64,000 nt of DNA, from assembly GCF_009914755.1 (NCBI RefSeq), contig NC_060935.1. One strand, 5' to 3'. The notes under the pieces were generated by a model, which saw only the letters and a program-made list of their open reading frames with translations, searched no databases and had not been told where the DNA came from. Origin of the DNA: the human T2T-CHM13v2.0 reference genome, Homo sapiens. Each line of letters opens with the position of its first letter. Within the stretch, counting starts at the first letter, position 1. Shown here piece by piece: positions 39,061 to 55,071 of the stretch. The position numbers and the translations under genes were made by a program.

Positions 39061-40047
39061 ATGTTTCTGACAGAGAGAAATACGACATCTGAGGCCACAT
39101 TCACTCTCTTGGGCTTCTCAGATTACCTGGAACTTCAAATTCCCCTCTTCTTTGTATTTCTGGCAGTCTACGGCTTCAGTGTGGTAGGGAATCTTGGGAT
39201 GATAGTGATCATCAAAATTAACCCAAAATTGCATACCCCCATGTATTTTTTCCTCAACCACCTCTCCTTTGTGGATTTCTGCTATTCCTCCATCATTGCT
39301 CCCATGATGCTGGTGAACCTGGTTGTAGAAGATAGAACCATTTCATTCTCAGGATGTTTGGTGCAATTCTTTTTCTTTTGCACCTTTGTAGTGACTGAAT
39401 TAATTCTATTTGCGGTGATGGCCTATGACCACTTTGTGGCCATTTGCAATCCTCTGCTCTACACAGTTGCCATCTCCCAGAAACTCTGTGCCATGCTGGT
39501 GGTTGTATTGTATGCATGGGGAGTCGCATGTTCCCTGACACTCGCGTGCTCTGCTTTAAAGTTATCTTTTCATGGTTTCAACACAATCAATCATTTCTTC
39601 TGTGAGTTATCCTCCCTGATATCACTCTCTTACCCTGACTCTTATCTCAGCCAGTTGCTTCTTTTCACTGTTGCCACTTTTAATGAGATAAGCACACTAC
39701 TCATCATTCTGACATCTTATGCATTCATCATTGTCACCACCTTGAAGATGCCTTCAGCCAGTGGGCACCGCAAAGTCTTCTCCACCTGTGCCTCCCACCT
39801 GACTGCCATCACCATCTTCCATGGCACCATCCTCTTCCTCTACTGTGTACCCAACTCCAAAAACTCCAGGCACACAGTCAAAGTGGCCTCTGTGTTTTAC
39901 ACCGTGGTGATCCCCTTGTTGAATCCCCTGATCTACAGTCTGAGAAATAAAGATGTTAAGGATGCAATCCGAAAAATAATCAATACAAAATATTTTCATA
40001 TTAAACATAGGCATTGGTATCCATTTAATTTTGTTATTGAACAATAA
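39061..40047 (+). CDS. OR5D16: Olfactory receptor family 5 subfamily D member 16 (328 aa, C-terminally extended, several motif substitutions)
   Basis: Intact ORF and paralogue of OR5D18. Variant motifs MAYDHF, LSYPD and KVFSTC; [10 protein letters not shown] is present. Confidence 0.9.
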
Positions 40048-40282
40048 ATTTTTCCTGTTTTTTCAAATGGACTGTGCATCAAGAGTTCACTAAAAAAAAT
40101 CACTTTAGATTTAAAAAAACCTTTTTTGCAATAGAATGGCTATGAGTTTTAGATCAGGGAAGCTATTCTTGGCTCAGCTTATATAAGCCAGACAAAACTA
40201 ATTGACGTTGACTACAAAATAATAATTGTCTATAAAATATTTTGTCTACAAAATAATTGTCTTTGTCTACAAAATAATATAG

Positions 40283-40587
40283 TTTTATTTATTTATTTAT
40301 TTTGAGATGGGGTCTCACTCTGTTGCCCAGGTTGGAGTTCAGTGGTGCGATCTCAGCTCACTGCAACTTCCACCTTCTGAGTTCAAGCAGTTCTGCCTGC
40401 CTCAGGCCCCTCAGTAGCTGAGATTACAGGTGCCCACCACCACGGCTGGCTAATTTTTTTTACTTTTTAGTAGAGACGGGGTTTTATCATGTTGGCCAGG
40501 CTGGTCTCGAACTCCTGACCTCAGGTGATCCGCCCGCCTCATCTTCCCAAAGTGCATGATTACAGGCGTGCACCACTGTGGCTGGCC
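40283..40587 (-). mobile_element. AluS-type element
   Basis: Dimeric Alu with a (TTTA)n tail, just 3' of OR5D16. Confidence 0.92.
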
Positions 40588-41174
40588 ATGTAATATGATT
40601 TAGTTCATAAGACATTGTGGAAAGCAAATGAAAATGTAAACAATATAGCTGGCATATTACATATGTGTAATAAAGGTTAATTATGTTATCCTTTCTTTCC
40701 TGGTGACTGATAGGTGTGTTAATTGAACAAGCAATTTGGTACTATAAATTTAGTGAAAAAAATGGTATTCAGAAAAAGATAGACCCATTTTCTAGGACTT
40801 CAAAATCCAGTAATGTTGGTAAATATCCTAAAAGGATTGGTGGAGAGAGTTACTTCAAATCCATTTGGAGATGCAGGAAAGATTGTTTCAGAATTGCATG
40901 CTATTTTAATTTGGCCTTGAAGGATGAATAGGTTTTTGAGAGAAACAAAAGAGCAAGACAGAAGTTTTAATCAGGAGTAAAGAGCATGGATAATGTTAAG
41001 GAGGTGATTATATATTATTAAGTTAATATTTCAATAAATGTTTTTGAGCTACAATTTTATGTCATATACATCCAAGGTATATTGTTAGGTACGTGAAGAA
41101 ATGTACATTTGAATATAATGTTACTACTATTCTAATCTATTTCAAAACAGAATTCCAATGTAGAGAATGAAATA

Positions 41175-41392
41175 ATTTTATTTTATTTTATTTTTATTTA
41201 TTTATTTTTAGACAGGGTCTCTCTCTGTTGTCCAGGCTGGAGAGCAGTGGCACGATCTTGGCTCACTGCAGCCTTAAACTCCTGGACTCAAGCAATCTGC
41301 AAACTCTTGGACTCAAACTCCTGGGCTGCGTCAAATTCCTGGGCTGGCTCCCAAAATGCTGGGATTACAGACATGAGCCACTGTGCCCTGCC
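41175..41392 (-). mobile_element. Rearranged old Alu monomer (FLAM/AluJ-like)
   Basis: Alu ends are present. The internal aaa(c/t)tc(c/t)tgg motif is repeated four times. Confidence 0.75.
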
Positions 41393-42649
41393 AAGAATGA
41401 AAGGATTTATGCGAGGTTTAGAAATATTAATTTGCTTCTTGAATTATTGAGAATGAACACAGAGATGATATATTCACTTTCAATGATTATGCTTCTTTTC
41501 CATCACCTACCAGTTACCATCAGTATTTATAGAGCAGCTTGAACAAGGGCATGTTGCAATTCTCTTCATCAGGGCTCTTTAGGCAGCCTTCTTAAAACAA
41601 TTGGGTGGAGCTGTTATAAGTATTGAGAGCTTATTGCCCACTTGGACTTGAATGTTGTTTTAAATTAACTGTCATTTTTAATTACAATCTAAACAAAGAA
41701 AGAAAGATCAAGACAATTGTGTATATTAATGAGGCTCAATAGCCCCCTGATAATTGTAATATTTATTTTAAGAGGTCCTCACACACACACAATATCTAAT
41801 TTAGAAATTTTATAATGCAATCTTTATCTTTTTTATCTTTTCTTTAATAATTTTTACTCGAATTACTTATAATTCAGTCTTCCTTTGTTCTATATGCTAT
41901 GTATCTGAATGAAATTCCAAATTAAGCCTGAAAAACATTGAGATAATAAATTATGGCTATTTGGGGAAAGGTAAAATGAAAACCAGGCAACATGTTGTAT
42001 TGGTTCAATGAAATAATTTGCAATAGTTACATGATTATAAACTTATCATGATGAACTGAAATCACTTTTATCACAGTTTATATGTGAATACGTAACGTTA
42101 GTCAACACTGTTTTATATATTCACAAGTGAACTGTCTTCCATTATACATTGTCACTTTCTTGATCTTTAACACCTGGAACAATGGTGGAAAAGTAGCAGA
42201 AAAGCTGTATTAATCTTGATCGAAATCAGTGAGGAATACTCCATTTCAAAAGAGTAAATTCTTGTGTTTCTTCCTTTACTTAGCAAAGGATAATTACATT
42301 TTTATAAAGTAAGAGACACAATCTTCTAAATTTTTATTCTGAAGAAATTATATATATTGTTTAAGTACTCAGATCAATGATTAAATTAGTCGGAGACATA
42401 AGACAATAATTTGGAGATTAAACCATAGAAGCATGAACACTTTTCATAAATACTGATCTCATATTCTTCTTCCTACAAATTTAAATTTCAAAGTATCTTT
42501 GGTAGCTCCTATTCCTGCTATGTAGAACATAATTTACTTTACCATACTTCAATTCTTTTATTCATGTGTCACTTAAAAGATTTAATTTTGAAAAACTACA
42601 TAATGATTGAAAACTTAGTATACTTCAAAAATAATTCATTATAAATTTA

Positions 42650-44034
42650 TTTATTTATTTATTTGATCTCTGGCTCTTCTTTTTTTATTATTATACTTTA
42701 AGTTTTAGGGTACATGTGCACAACGTGCAGGTTTGTTACATATATACATGTGCCATGTTGGTGTGCTGCACCTATTAACTCGTCATTTAGCATTAGGTAT
42801 ATCTCCTAATGCTATCCCTCCCCCACCCCCACCCCACAACAGGCCCCAGTGTGTGATGTTACCCATCCTGTGTCCATGTGTTCTCATTGTTCAATTCCCA
42901 CCTATGAGTGAGACCATGTGGTGTTTGGTTTTTTGTCCTTGTGATAGTTTGCTGAGAATGATGGTTTCCAGCTTCAACCATGTCCCTACAAAGGACTTGA
43001 ACTGATCATTTTTTATGGCTGCATAGTATTCCATGGTGTATATGTGCCACATTTTCTTAATCCAGTCTATCATTGTTGGACATTTGGGTTGGTTCCAAGT
43101 CTTTGCTATTGTGAATAGTGCTACAATAAACATATGTTTTCATGTGTCTTTATAGCAGCATGATTTATAATCCTTTGGGTATATACCCAGTAATGGGATG
43201 GCTGGGTCAAATGGTATTTCTAGTTCTAGATCCCTGAGGAATCACCACACCAACTTACACAATGGTTGAACTAGTTTACAGTCCCACCAACAGTGTAAAA
43301 GTGTTCCTATTTCTCCACATCTTCTCCACCACCTTTTGTTTCCTGACTTTTTAATGATCGCCATTCTAACTGGTGTGAGATGGTGTCTCATTGTGGTTTT
43401 GATTTGAATTTCTTAGATGGCCAGTGATGATGAGCATTTCTTCATGTGTTTTTTTGGCTCCATAAATGTCTTCTTTTGAGAAGTGTCTGTTCATATCCAT
43501 TGCCCACTTTTTGATGGGGTTGTTTGTTTTTTTCTTGTCAATTTGTTTGAGTTCATTGTAGATTCTGGATATTAGCCCTTTGTCAGATGAGTAGGCTGCA
43601 AAAATTTTCTCCCATTCTGTAGGTTGCCTGTTCACTCTGATGGTGGTTTCTTTTGCTGTGCAGAAGCTCTTGAGTTTAATTAGATCCCATTTGTCAATTT
43701 TGGCTTTTGTTGCCATTGCTTTTGGTGTTTTAGACATGAAGTCCTTGCCCATGCCTATGTCCTGAATGGTATTGCCTAGGTTTTCTTCTAGGGTTTTTAT
43801 GCTTTTAGGTCTAACATGTAAGCCTTTAATCCATCTTGAATTAATTTTTGTATAAGGTGTAAGGAAGGGTTCCAGTTTCAGCTTTCTACATGTAGCTAGC
43901 CAGTTTTCCCAGCACCATTTATTAAATAGGGAATCCTTTCCCCATTTCTTGTTTTTGTCAGGTTTGTCAAAGATCTGATAGTTGTAGATACGCAGCATTA
44001 TTTCTGAGGGCTCTGTTCTGTTCCATTGGCCTAT
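42650..44034 (-). mobile_element. 5'-truncated L1PA (L1PA4-6-like), ~1.35 kb, with a short 3' extension
   Basis: ORF2 C-terminus ([11 protein letters not shown]...KSFCTAKET) and L1PA 3' UTR. TSD attataaattta at 42638-42649 and 44033-44044. Confidence 0.93.
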
Positions 44035-44514
44035 TATAAATTTAAATTGAAAAAGAAAAAGTATAATTTCCATTGCATGCCATAGTTACCCCATTTCTAA
44101 CATGATTAATTTAAAATACATAGATTATCAAATTTCTTGTCATTTCTTTTGTCCTGGAACTCACATTTAAGTTCTATTTACTCTCCAGAATTGTGTCTCT
44201 TATGATTCACATGAGTTTATTACTTTGTAATTAATAAATATATGTAAATTAACCTTTTATTTCTTGTGGTAATAAAGTTTTATGTGATTTTTATCTACAA
44301 CAAATAATCACTACAACAAATATTACCATAGTTCTACTAAACAACTTAAATGTGTTAGAAATATTTATAAAATACTCAAAGAGAAACTGTAAAATTATCT
44401 ATGGAAATGCATCTCTTAACTATATTAATTGGGATGAATTTTTATTTTTATTTCAATTACTAAAATTATCCATGAATAAATATGTTTATTGGTAGAAGAG
44501 CACAGGTTTCAGCA

Positions 44515-46853
<2,339 letters not shown>

Positions 46854-47279
46854 CATTTGATGTTTTTTAAATATCACTCACATATGTCAAAATTCTCATG
46901 AATCCTTATCATCAATTATTTAAATAATTGACTACATATAATTATGTCACTTTTATTTGTTGGTGAAAGCAAACTTGGTAATCTCCTTATATCCAAGTGG
47001 AATTGATATTCAGTCAATAGAGATTCACTTACTCAGTTTCTGAGAAATTTATTTGCTAGGGTTTGGGGAAGAACCTTTCTGAGTTACATGAGCAAGAGGA
47101 AGACTTAAAACTTAGATAAATTAGACATCCAGAATCTCTGACAAATCAGCCTCTTACTGAAATATAAGGTTACATTAGAGGAATTTGTAGTGTGTGGTGC
47201 ATTAATATAACCATAGTATCAACAGAACCTAAGCCCAGCTTAACTCTACACATTTAATGTTGTTTACTCAGCATCTATT

Positions 47280-47851
47280 GTTCTACAAATAATATCAATC
47301 CTTAACAAAAAATATGTGGGAGAACATATATGTAGGGGAGAACAACTCACTGTAAGAAAACAAATAAACAGAACCAGATTCAGATATAGCCTAGACGGTA
47401 GAAATATTATACAGGCAATATACAATAACTATGATTGCTAGGGGCTCTATTGGAAAAGACAGACAACATGCATAAATAGTGAATTTCAGCAAAGTCGTGG
47501 AAAATATAAAACTGAATCAGTAAAACAACTAGAAATTACAGTAAGAAAGTAATAGTTATAAAGAATTATTTAAGGGGCACAAGAGTAGTCTCAACATAGC
47601 TGAGTAATACATTAGTGAAATTAAAGATCAATCAGTATAAAATGCCTGAAACTAGACACAGAGAAAAAAACACATCTAAAATCTGTGTAACAATATCAAA
47701 TAATAAAAACAACTGTAATTAGAAACTCTGAGGTTTTTTTTTTAAGATAAAGGTAAGGCAAAGAGAGTATGTGTAAATATAACGACTAATAATTTTCTCA
47801 AGTTAACAAAAGACACCAAGCCATAGATTCAAGATCTTAGAACTAAGCCAA

Positions 47852-47885
<34 letters not shown>

Positions 47886-49150
47886 CACACTCAGGGAGAA
47901 GAAAACAGGAAAAGAGAAAATATTGAAAGGAAGGGCCATTACACATCAAGTGGGGCTTTGCAACATCAGCATTATTAACATTTTTTTACTGGAAAGTCGT
48001 TGATGTTGGGCACTATCCTGAGAGCAGTAGGATAGCTACCTGCATCCTGACCTCTATGCACTAGATGTCAGGAGTATCTCTTTCCAGCTGTGACATCAAA
48101 ATATCTCTACCTTTGCCAAATGAATCTTTTTGGTGGTGGAGACACAAATTGACTTCCACTTTAGAACAACAGATTTAAAGGAATAAATCTGTTGTAATGT
48201 TGTAAGCATTACATTCCAATGTTGTAAGCATTACAACAGATTTCCTGGCAGTAACTACAAAAGTTATTATAGAAAAAAAGGATGAGAAACTGAAAATGTT
48301 GATGGGAAAACAGCAAAACTGTCAACCCAGGATCATATACACAGTGGAAATCTCTTTCTAAAATTAATTTAAAAAATTAGTCTAACAAAAACTGACATAA
48401 TTCATTGACAGCAGCTATGTGCCACCAGGAATGTTAAAATAACATATCCAAGGAGAAGCAAAATGATATCAGATAGAAACTCAAAGCTATGCAAATAAAT
48501 ACAGAGCATGGGAAATTATGTCAATGATCTAAATTCAAAAGTGATTTTAAATTGCTCTGAAATATATCAGTCTTAAGAAAAGACACCAATTAAACAGCAT
48601 TTATAGACTCTGTAAAAGTAAAGTCTACAACAATAGCATCATGAATAAGGAGGACTTAGATGTTTATTCTTTTAGGGTATGTAGAAGATCAATAATTTAT
48701 TAGTAAATATATTGTAAATTGCTGTAAAAGTATCACAATTTTAAAAGACTTAAAATAAGAAGTCAATAGAGCATACAAAATAAATGGAATCATAAAAAAA
48801 TAATCCAACTCAAAAAAATAAAAAGTGAATGGAAGAAACAAGAAATACTTGAAGCAAGTAAAGATGAAGTATCAAGATGGTAAACTTAATTCCGCAGAAT
48901 CAGTAGTAACATTAATTCTACCCATATGTACATTAACCAAAAGTACTCTAGACACAAAAATTACAAGATGAAGTTTGCCAGATTGAACAGAAAAGCAAAC
49001 AAAACTCTGTGATATCAAAAAATATCTTTTCTATTATAAAATCCTAATAAGTTAAATATAAAAGGCTCACAAAATTTTATGCAGTAATAATTGAAAGAGC
49101 TCTGGAGAGGCTATATTAATACAAAACAAAATAGACTTTAAAAGAAAAGC
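47280..49150 (+). mobile_element. Ancient L1M ORF1-to-ORF2 remnant with a nested (CA)n (47855-47884) and MER20 (~47950-48170)
   Basis: A-rich sense strand with degenerate ORF1 motifs (aactgtcaacccaggat..., gaaatctcttt) and ORF2-start motifs (gctatattaata...aaaatagacttta). Confidence 0.6.
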
Positions 49151-49159
49151 TATCAGTCA

Positions 49160-49620
49160 CTAATAGCACCTTAATTTTTCTGTAGGGATCCAACCTCTCC
49201 TCTTCTTGATGGGTCTCTGTCTTTGCATCCAGTGTATTTTGGGAAGCATTCATGGCCAGTCATCAAGAGACCTGCTGATTTGTTTCTGGATAGGTACTAG
49301 TGAGCCAGTGCCTCAGCTGTGGGATTTTGTTAGAATTATTGGAAAAGAAGAGCTTCTTTCTACTGAGGCTAATCCTCTGGGCAGGTAGAAACTGCACAAA
49401 ACATCTCATAGCTCTCTTTACTAAAAAAAGAGAATCTGCTTGAGAGTTTAGTCATCAAAAAGAAAAGGATAGCAGAGAGCTGGAGAATGGGAAATTTTTT
49501 GAACACTTGGATCCTCTCTCAACTAATCTATGTCCAGATTTTTGTCATGTAAGCAATAAATTCCCACTTTTGCTTAAGCCACTTAAAAAATTTAATCTGC
49601 CACATGCAACCAAAGATGAA
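49160..49620 (+). mobile_element. MLT1 LTR remnant
   Basis: 3' motif aataaattcccacttttgcttaagccactt...ctgccacatgcaacc. Confidence 0.6.
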
Positions 49621-50479
49621 AAATGCACCTTCTTATAAATATTCTTTTTTTATAAATATTCTCTTCATTAATTGCATAATGTTCTAGTTCCTTGTAGTGA
49701 ATTTCAAGATAATTTAGCCATATATGTGTGTATGTATGTATAGATGGGTACATATATATATACACATATATAGGTGTGTGTATATAACAATATAGCTATA
49801 GATATATACATACACAATTTTAAATTAACACATATATATATATATATACACACACACATAGTTTTAAATTAACTTGTTTTATATGTCTTTCAGCTATACT
49901 TATCTTTCTCCACTAGAAAACACATTCTCAATCTCATTTTCAATTCTCCAATCACGCCATGGACTTTCCAATTTCCACTTAAGTGTTTGTGCTGTTTTCC
50001 CTTCTATTTCTCATCCACTATTTTTCACTTGATGTAATTCTTAATGCCCAGTTCAAGTTATTCTCCTTTTCTCTGTTTTGTACCTGGTACCTAGAACAAT
50101 CCCTGGAAGAAAATACTCATAGAGTGAATTTATTTGTTCGATGAAGGCCTTTTGATGTTTTCTGACCTTGTGTGGCCAGCATTTCATTTGAATGCAGATG
50201 CAACTCTATCATAGTACATATCGGAGTTATTAAACTCATTTATAATTGTTTTTCTCAATCACTAGATACATTTTTGCTTCTTTTCAATTTATTGTACCAT
50301 TGATTTGCATAGAATATTATAGCAGTTGTTTGATAAGTTGCTTTGAGCTGGCTAAATCAAATTAGATAATAAATATAATCAAATTTTTCATATAGTAACC
50401 TACCATTTCAAAAGCCAAAGTATGTCTCTTTGTAGCATTCTCGTGATGTAGAAAAACATCTTACATCATTTCATTTTGT

Positions 50480-50870
50480 GTTTAATCAATTCCCCAGTAG
50501 AAATGTTTAATTGCTCACATATCTTTTCCCATTAGAGATTTGAATATCAGAGTTTGAGTTCTTGGGATCTGATGTGAGATCAAAAGCTGATCTCGAAAGC
50601 CTCAGAGCAAAATATAAAAAGCCTTGTTTCTCCTAAGGAACCACAGTCTTTTTAAGAAAGGCACAAATGTCTTCTATGAACACAGAATGTTTGCCCCAAA
50701 TGGATTATACCAAATGTTACAATGGATCATTTTTTTGTAATATTTCAGTGTCAAATTTAATTTTTCTAGTGGAAAATGAACTGGAGCTCAAAAACAGTGA
50801 AGTCAGAAGGTGAACGGGGAATAAAAAGTTAGTTACCTGGTAAGTATTTCTAACATAATCCTAGGGATAT
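50480..50870 (+). promoter_or_regulatory. Putative promoter / 5' non-coding exon of the OR pseudogene
   Basis: Non-repeat sequence with TTTAATTG, O/E-like TTCTTGGGA and TCCTAGGGA, TATAAAAA at 50613-50620, and consensus donor CTG|GTAAGT (GT 50840-50841). Confidence 0.35.
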
Positions 50871-52229
50871 TAGAGCAGAAGAGATTTTGTGTTTACCTCC
50901 TTATAGTTTCTTATTTTACACATAGGAAACTGATGTTTTGAGAGTAAATATGTCTAGAATAACACAGGTTTTAAATCTTCAAGGTGTTTTCAACAAAAAT
51001 GAGAGCAACAACCAAAAGCACATTTAGCACACAATATTCATAATACAACCATCAACATTATTGGACTTTGATTAGGAATCGAATGTAAGCACAGTTTTCG
51101 TTACATATTATTTATTTTTAAAATTTAAATACAGATTAAGGCTGACTCAATTTTATATAATGTTATTTATTCTATATTATGGCAATGCATTGGTACCAAG
51201 TCATCAGTGCACTAGTAACAGGCCTGAGGTGGGAAAAGGGAATTAGTTAAGAAATAAAAAGTTAAAAATATCATAAATTAATATAGATTACCTACATAAC
51301 AGTATGACATTTTGCTGAGCTATTTCAGAAACTTCCATTCCCACCTGCCTATTCCATAGAAGAACACCTGGTTTGTCTCATTTTTTGAATCTTCTTAATC
51401 TTTGGATCCCTGTGATCATTTTTTGCTTCCATTGTTCCATTTAGCATTAATATTTAATTTTGAATTCCTTAAGTTTCTTTCAGTCTTGAAGTATATAATG
51501 TTTTTGAAAAATTATTATAAGTTGTACTCTTTATATAAATTTATTTCTTTGTTGAATTTAATTCTGTAAATTTAATTCTGTGATCAGAAATAAGAGTTTG
51601 GAATAGAAAAACATTTTCATCAAAGAGGGCTTTTCTCCGATGGTCTAGATTCCCAGTTTATTTAAGCATTATCCCTAAAAATAAGTCTGTTTATTTGATG
51701 CCTGTTTTTGTCGTTGTTGTTGTTTTGTTTTTTTTTTGAAGGCAGAGGTTGTTTTTGTTTTTGTTTTTTGTTTTGTTTTGAGATGAAGTCTTGTTCTGTT
51801 GCCCAGGCTGGAATGTAGTGAAGCCTACTTTTTAACTGTGAGTCTTCAGAAGTACCAAAATGGAGGATCGCACAACACAGAAGCACATTGATTGAACATT
51901 CATTCACTAGCCACAGGATACAATTGTATCTTTCCTTTGCCTTCCCAGCAGTGGCCATTGCTCTGCTCCTTGGTCAATTCAGAGTCTCTTCTCTCTCGTG
52001 TGTAGACAGGAATAGATGAGCTTCCTCTCCATCAGAGTTGATATTTTCTCAGGTGGAAACCACATGTATTTCAGTAAAGGAGAAATCCAAAGAGTTGACT
52101 GGTAGCTCAATGATGCTTTCTTTCTCCAATTAAGTCCCCTTTTTAAAGCGTAAGAGGGAATCCTGATTGATCAAAAAATAATAAATATTAATTTTTAGTG
52201 AAGAATAAACTTGTCCCAAAGTTGGAATA

Positions 52230-52520
52230 ATTGTAGTTAATATTTTATTGAATATTTGCTATGTGAAAAGCACTCTTTAAAATACCTTCCTATTTTAGGT
52301 ATTTAATCATCATTTAATATTAGCTCATTTAATCATCAACATAACCCTGTAGGCAAGTGCTACTATAATATGCAATTTACATATCAGAAAATGAAGACCA
52401 GAGGATTATTGAAAATTTACCTAAAGTCACACAATTTAAATGGTAGAGCCAGGATTTAAACCCAGGCCATCTGGCTCCAGGGACCTTGCTTTTATTCACC
52501 ACATCATACTGCCTCTGTTT
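52230..52520 (-). mobile_element. MIR
   Basis: ttacatatcagaaaatgaagacc...cctaaagtcacac...agagccaggatttaaacccagg. Confidence 0.8.
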
Positions 52521-53249
52521 CTATGTTAAAAGATGTAAACCTTTCTGTTGTAGCATATACATCAAACACATTTTAACTAATGCTTAAACAAATAGCCCTA
52601 TATTAAATTTAGCACATAGATCTTTTTTTAGGAGATGACATCATACACTTAATCTTCTTTTTCAGCTCTGCCATCTCTCCCTCATTTGCATCTCTGGGAG
52701 GCAAGATTTATTAGAGAGTGCACTAGCCCAGTGATACAGGAATTCTAATCCTTAGCCCTGGGTCTTTCAGTGTAAAGCTTTGTAAACCCGGATTCATTAA
52801 TTGTCTTGCAATTATCAATTCCTTTTTTATGAAATGGAGAAACAATGAATCCTTAACATATTTTAAAGATCTTTGAGAGTTAAATTATAATTAAAAGAAC
52901 TTTGAGAATTACAAGTTCAAATTGTTAATGCCAGGTGTACCACACATACCCAGACCTCATCTAATTTAGCTGGCTGGAAACAGAAGGTAGAAAAATAAAC
53001 ATGGAGTAATAATCCAGAATCCGAGGTTATTATATTTACATTTCATTATCTGTACCCAGAGAATAACTTCTCAAATAGTAATTTTCTGCTTATTAACTCT
53101 AAATATACATAAAATTTTAATATGTATATTTAGTTACATCAAAAACTTGCCACAAACAGGGCAGGAAAAAACAGGAGATTTAAGATTTTAGTACTCTTGT
53201 TATATCGGGTTCTGGGATGGATAATATGAAATAAAATAGAGAATATATG

Positions 53250-54010
53250 TCAAATCTGGCATTTTTACATGCAAGCTTGTAGGAAACAGATAATCATTTA
53301 AGGGTTTAAGCAAGAAGGCAGCATGACCAAAATATATTTTGTACAGATAACTGTATAGTGGCATTCATATAGATTTTGTAGCATGTTTGGAAGTAGGTTG
53401 GGGAGAGACTAGAGGAATGAGGCCAATTAAGGGGTTCAAATGGGGGAAAAGGAGTGATGTTAAATAATGGAATGTCAGTCATAATAAAGCAGAGATATTA
53501 AACAGTTTCCACATTTTCCAAAGTGAATCAATAGAACTTGGTTGTGTTTTAGCCAGAGGGAAGTTTTTTCTTTGGACCAGGAATATAGGTGGTAAACATG
53601 TATACAAAGATGTATTACAGATTAGGCTTAAGTTGTAGGAGGTGATATCAATTAAGTGTTATTTTAGACATGCTAAAATGTACCTATTTTGTAGCTAACT
53701 TTGAGATGGACAGGTGATTTTGGATTGGATATATGAAAAACGATCACTGTATAAATTGTATTTTTAAGAAAATGCATAGAATTAACTACAGAGAGTATGC
53801 ATGGTGGGGAGGAAAGTCCTAAGAAATTGTTACTCACGTGAAGGAGGCTTAATAGGGGCATATTGAGATTAGGAAAGAAATCAAGATACGTGTATAGAAG
53901 CCACAAGAGGTGGACATTTTAAGAAGAAAGGAAAGATGAAGAAGAAAGGGGAGGAGAAAATTTTAAGAAGAAAGGAGAGGTCTATCACATGATATGGAGA
54001 AATAAAGTGT
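53250..54010 (+). mobile_element. L2 remnant
   Basis: gggtttaagcaagaa..., ttttagacatgctaaa... and purine-rich L2 ORF motifs. Confidence 0.55.
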
Positions 54011-55044
54011 GTTACACATTGAAAAATCTTTGGGTCTGAAAGCTAGAATGTTCTTCCTGAGTATGATAAGTGAATTAAATAAAATTGTGCAACATGCTCA
54101 TTTTATATTTGTATGAATCTTAATTTTAAATTGTATATCTTTATCTATATTTATATATACATATATAATTGTGCTTTAATATTTCATATTACACACAACT
54201 GTCTCCCTAATAGCTATTTCAAACATTCAATATTCTAAGGCCTCATTCTACCACTTTCTTCTCATTGCTAGAAAATAGTTTATATTTTACAGAGAAAAAT
54301 AAAGAATAGGAAATAAACACACACTCAACTTACTTACAAAGTTATGGTATAAACATGTGAATTCATCAGTTACTCCCTTTCTTCTTCTCATCTGTAGGGA
54401 GAGTGTGCCCCTCCTCTCTGAGGTTAATCTCTTCAACTGTGTTTTGTCGATTAAAGTACCTATACTATTACTAAAAGTCATAAACGTTTAGCATATCATG
54501 ATATTTATGTCAAATGTATCTGTAAAAATATTACCTCAAATCTACTCCCTTTTAGTTTCCCTTATTCATTGCAATGTTTCTCTATAGGCATCTACACTGG
54601 TTTACACATTCTCACTTCAGCCTACAAAAATAGGACTTTTGTCTCAAAAAACTTAAACCCCTTTTTATCATAATCAGAAAGAACATTAATTATACTGATA
54701 TAACTGGTAATAAAGAGAATTCCAAAAACCATAGTATCAGCTGGAGGGAAATCAGTTGTCTCTTCACTGGACAAAATCTGCATGTGTGTGCACAAGTGTT
54801 TGCACTGCTGTCACTTACCTATTAATAAAATTCAGAGTTGCAAACTAGAGCAAGGACAGTCAAAGCTGAGATAACTCAGAGGGTTACATAGGTAAGCATA
54901 TTTAAGTTTTAATACTTTTTCACTACAAAGAGCCTGGAAATATTCCTTGCTATCATTCATGGACATGCCAGGATGAATATGGTGTATTTGGAAACATAAA
55001 GATTTATGCAGTTTTATTCCTTCCATAGTTTGGATTCCAGATTC

Positions 55045-55071
55045 TCACACACACACACACACACACACACA
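55045..55071. repeat. (CA)n microsatellite
   Basis: Direct reading. Confidence 0.95.

Noticed and set aside
43366-44073. 235-aa ORF
   Set aside because: It is a fragment of L1 ORF2 in a 5'-truncated, frameshifted element.
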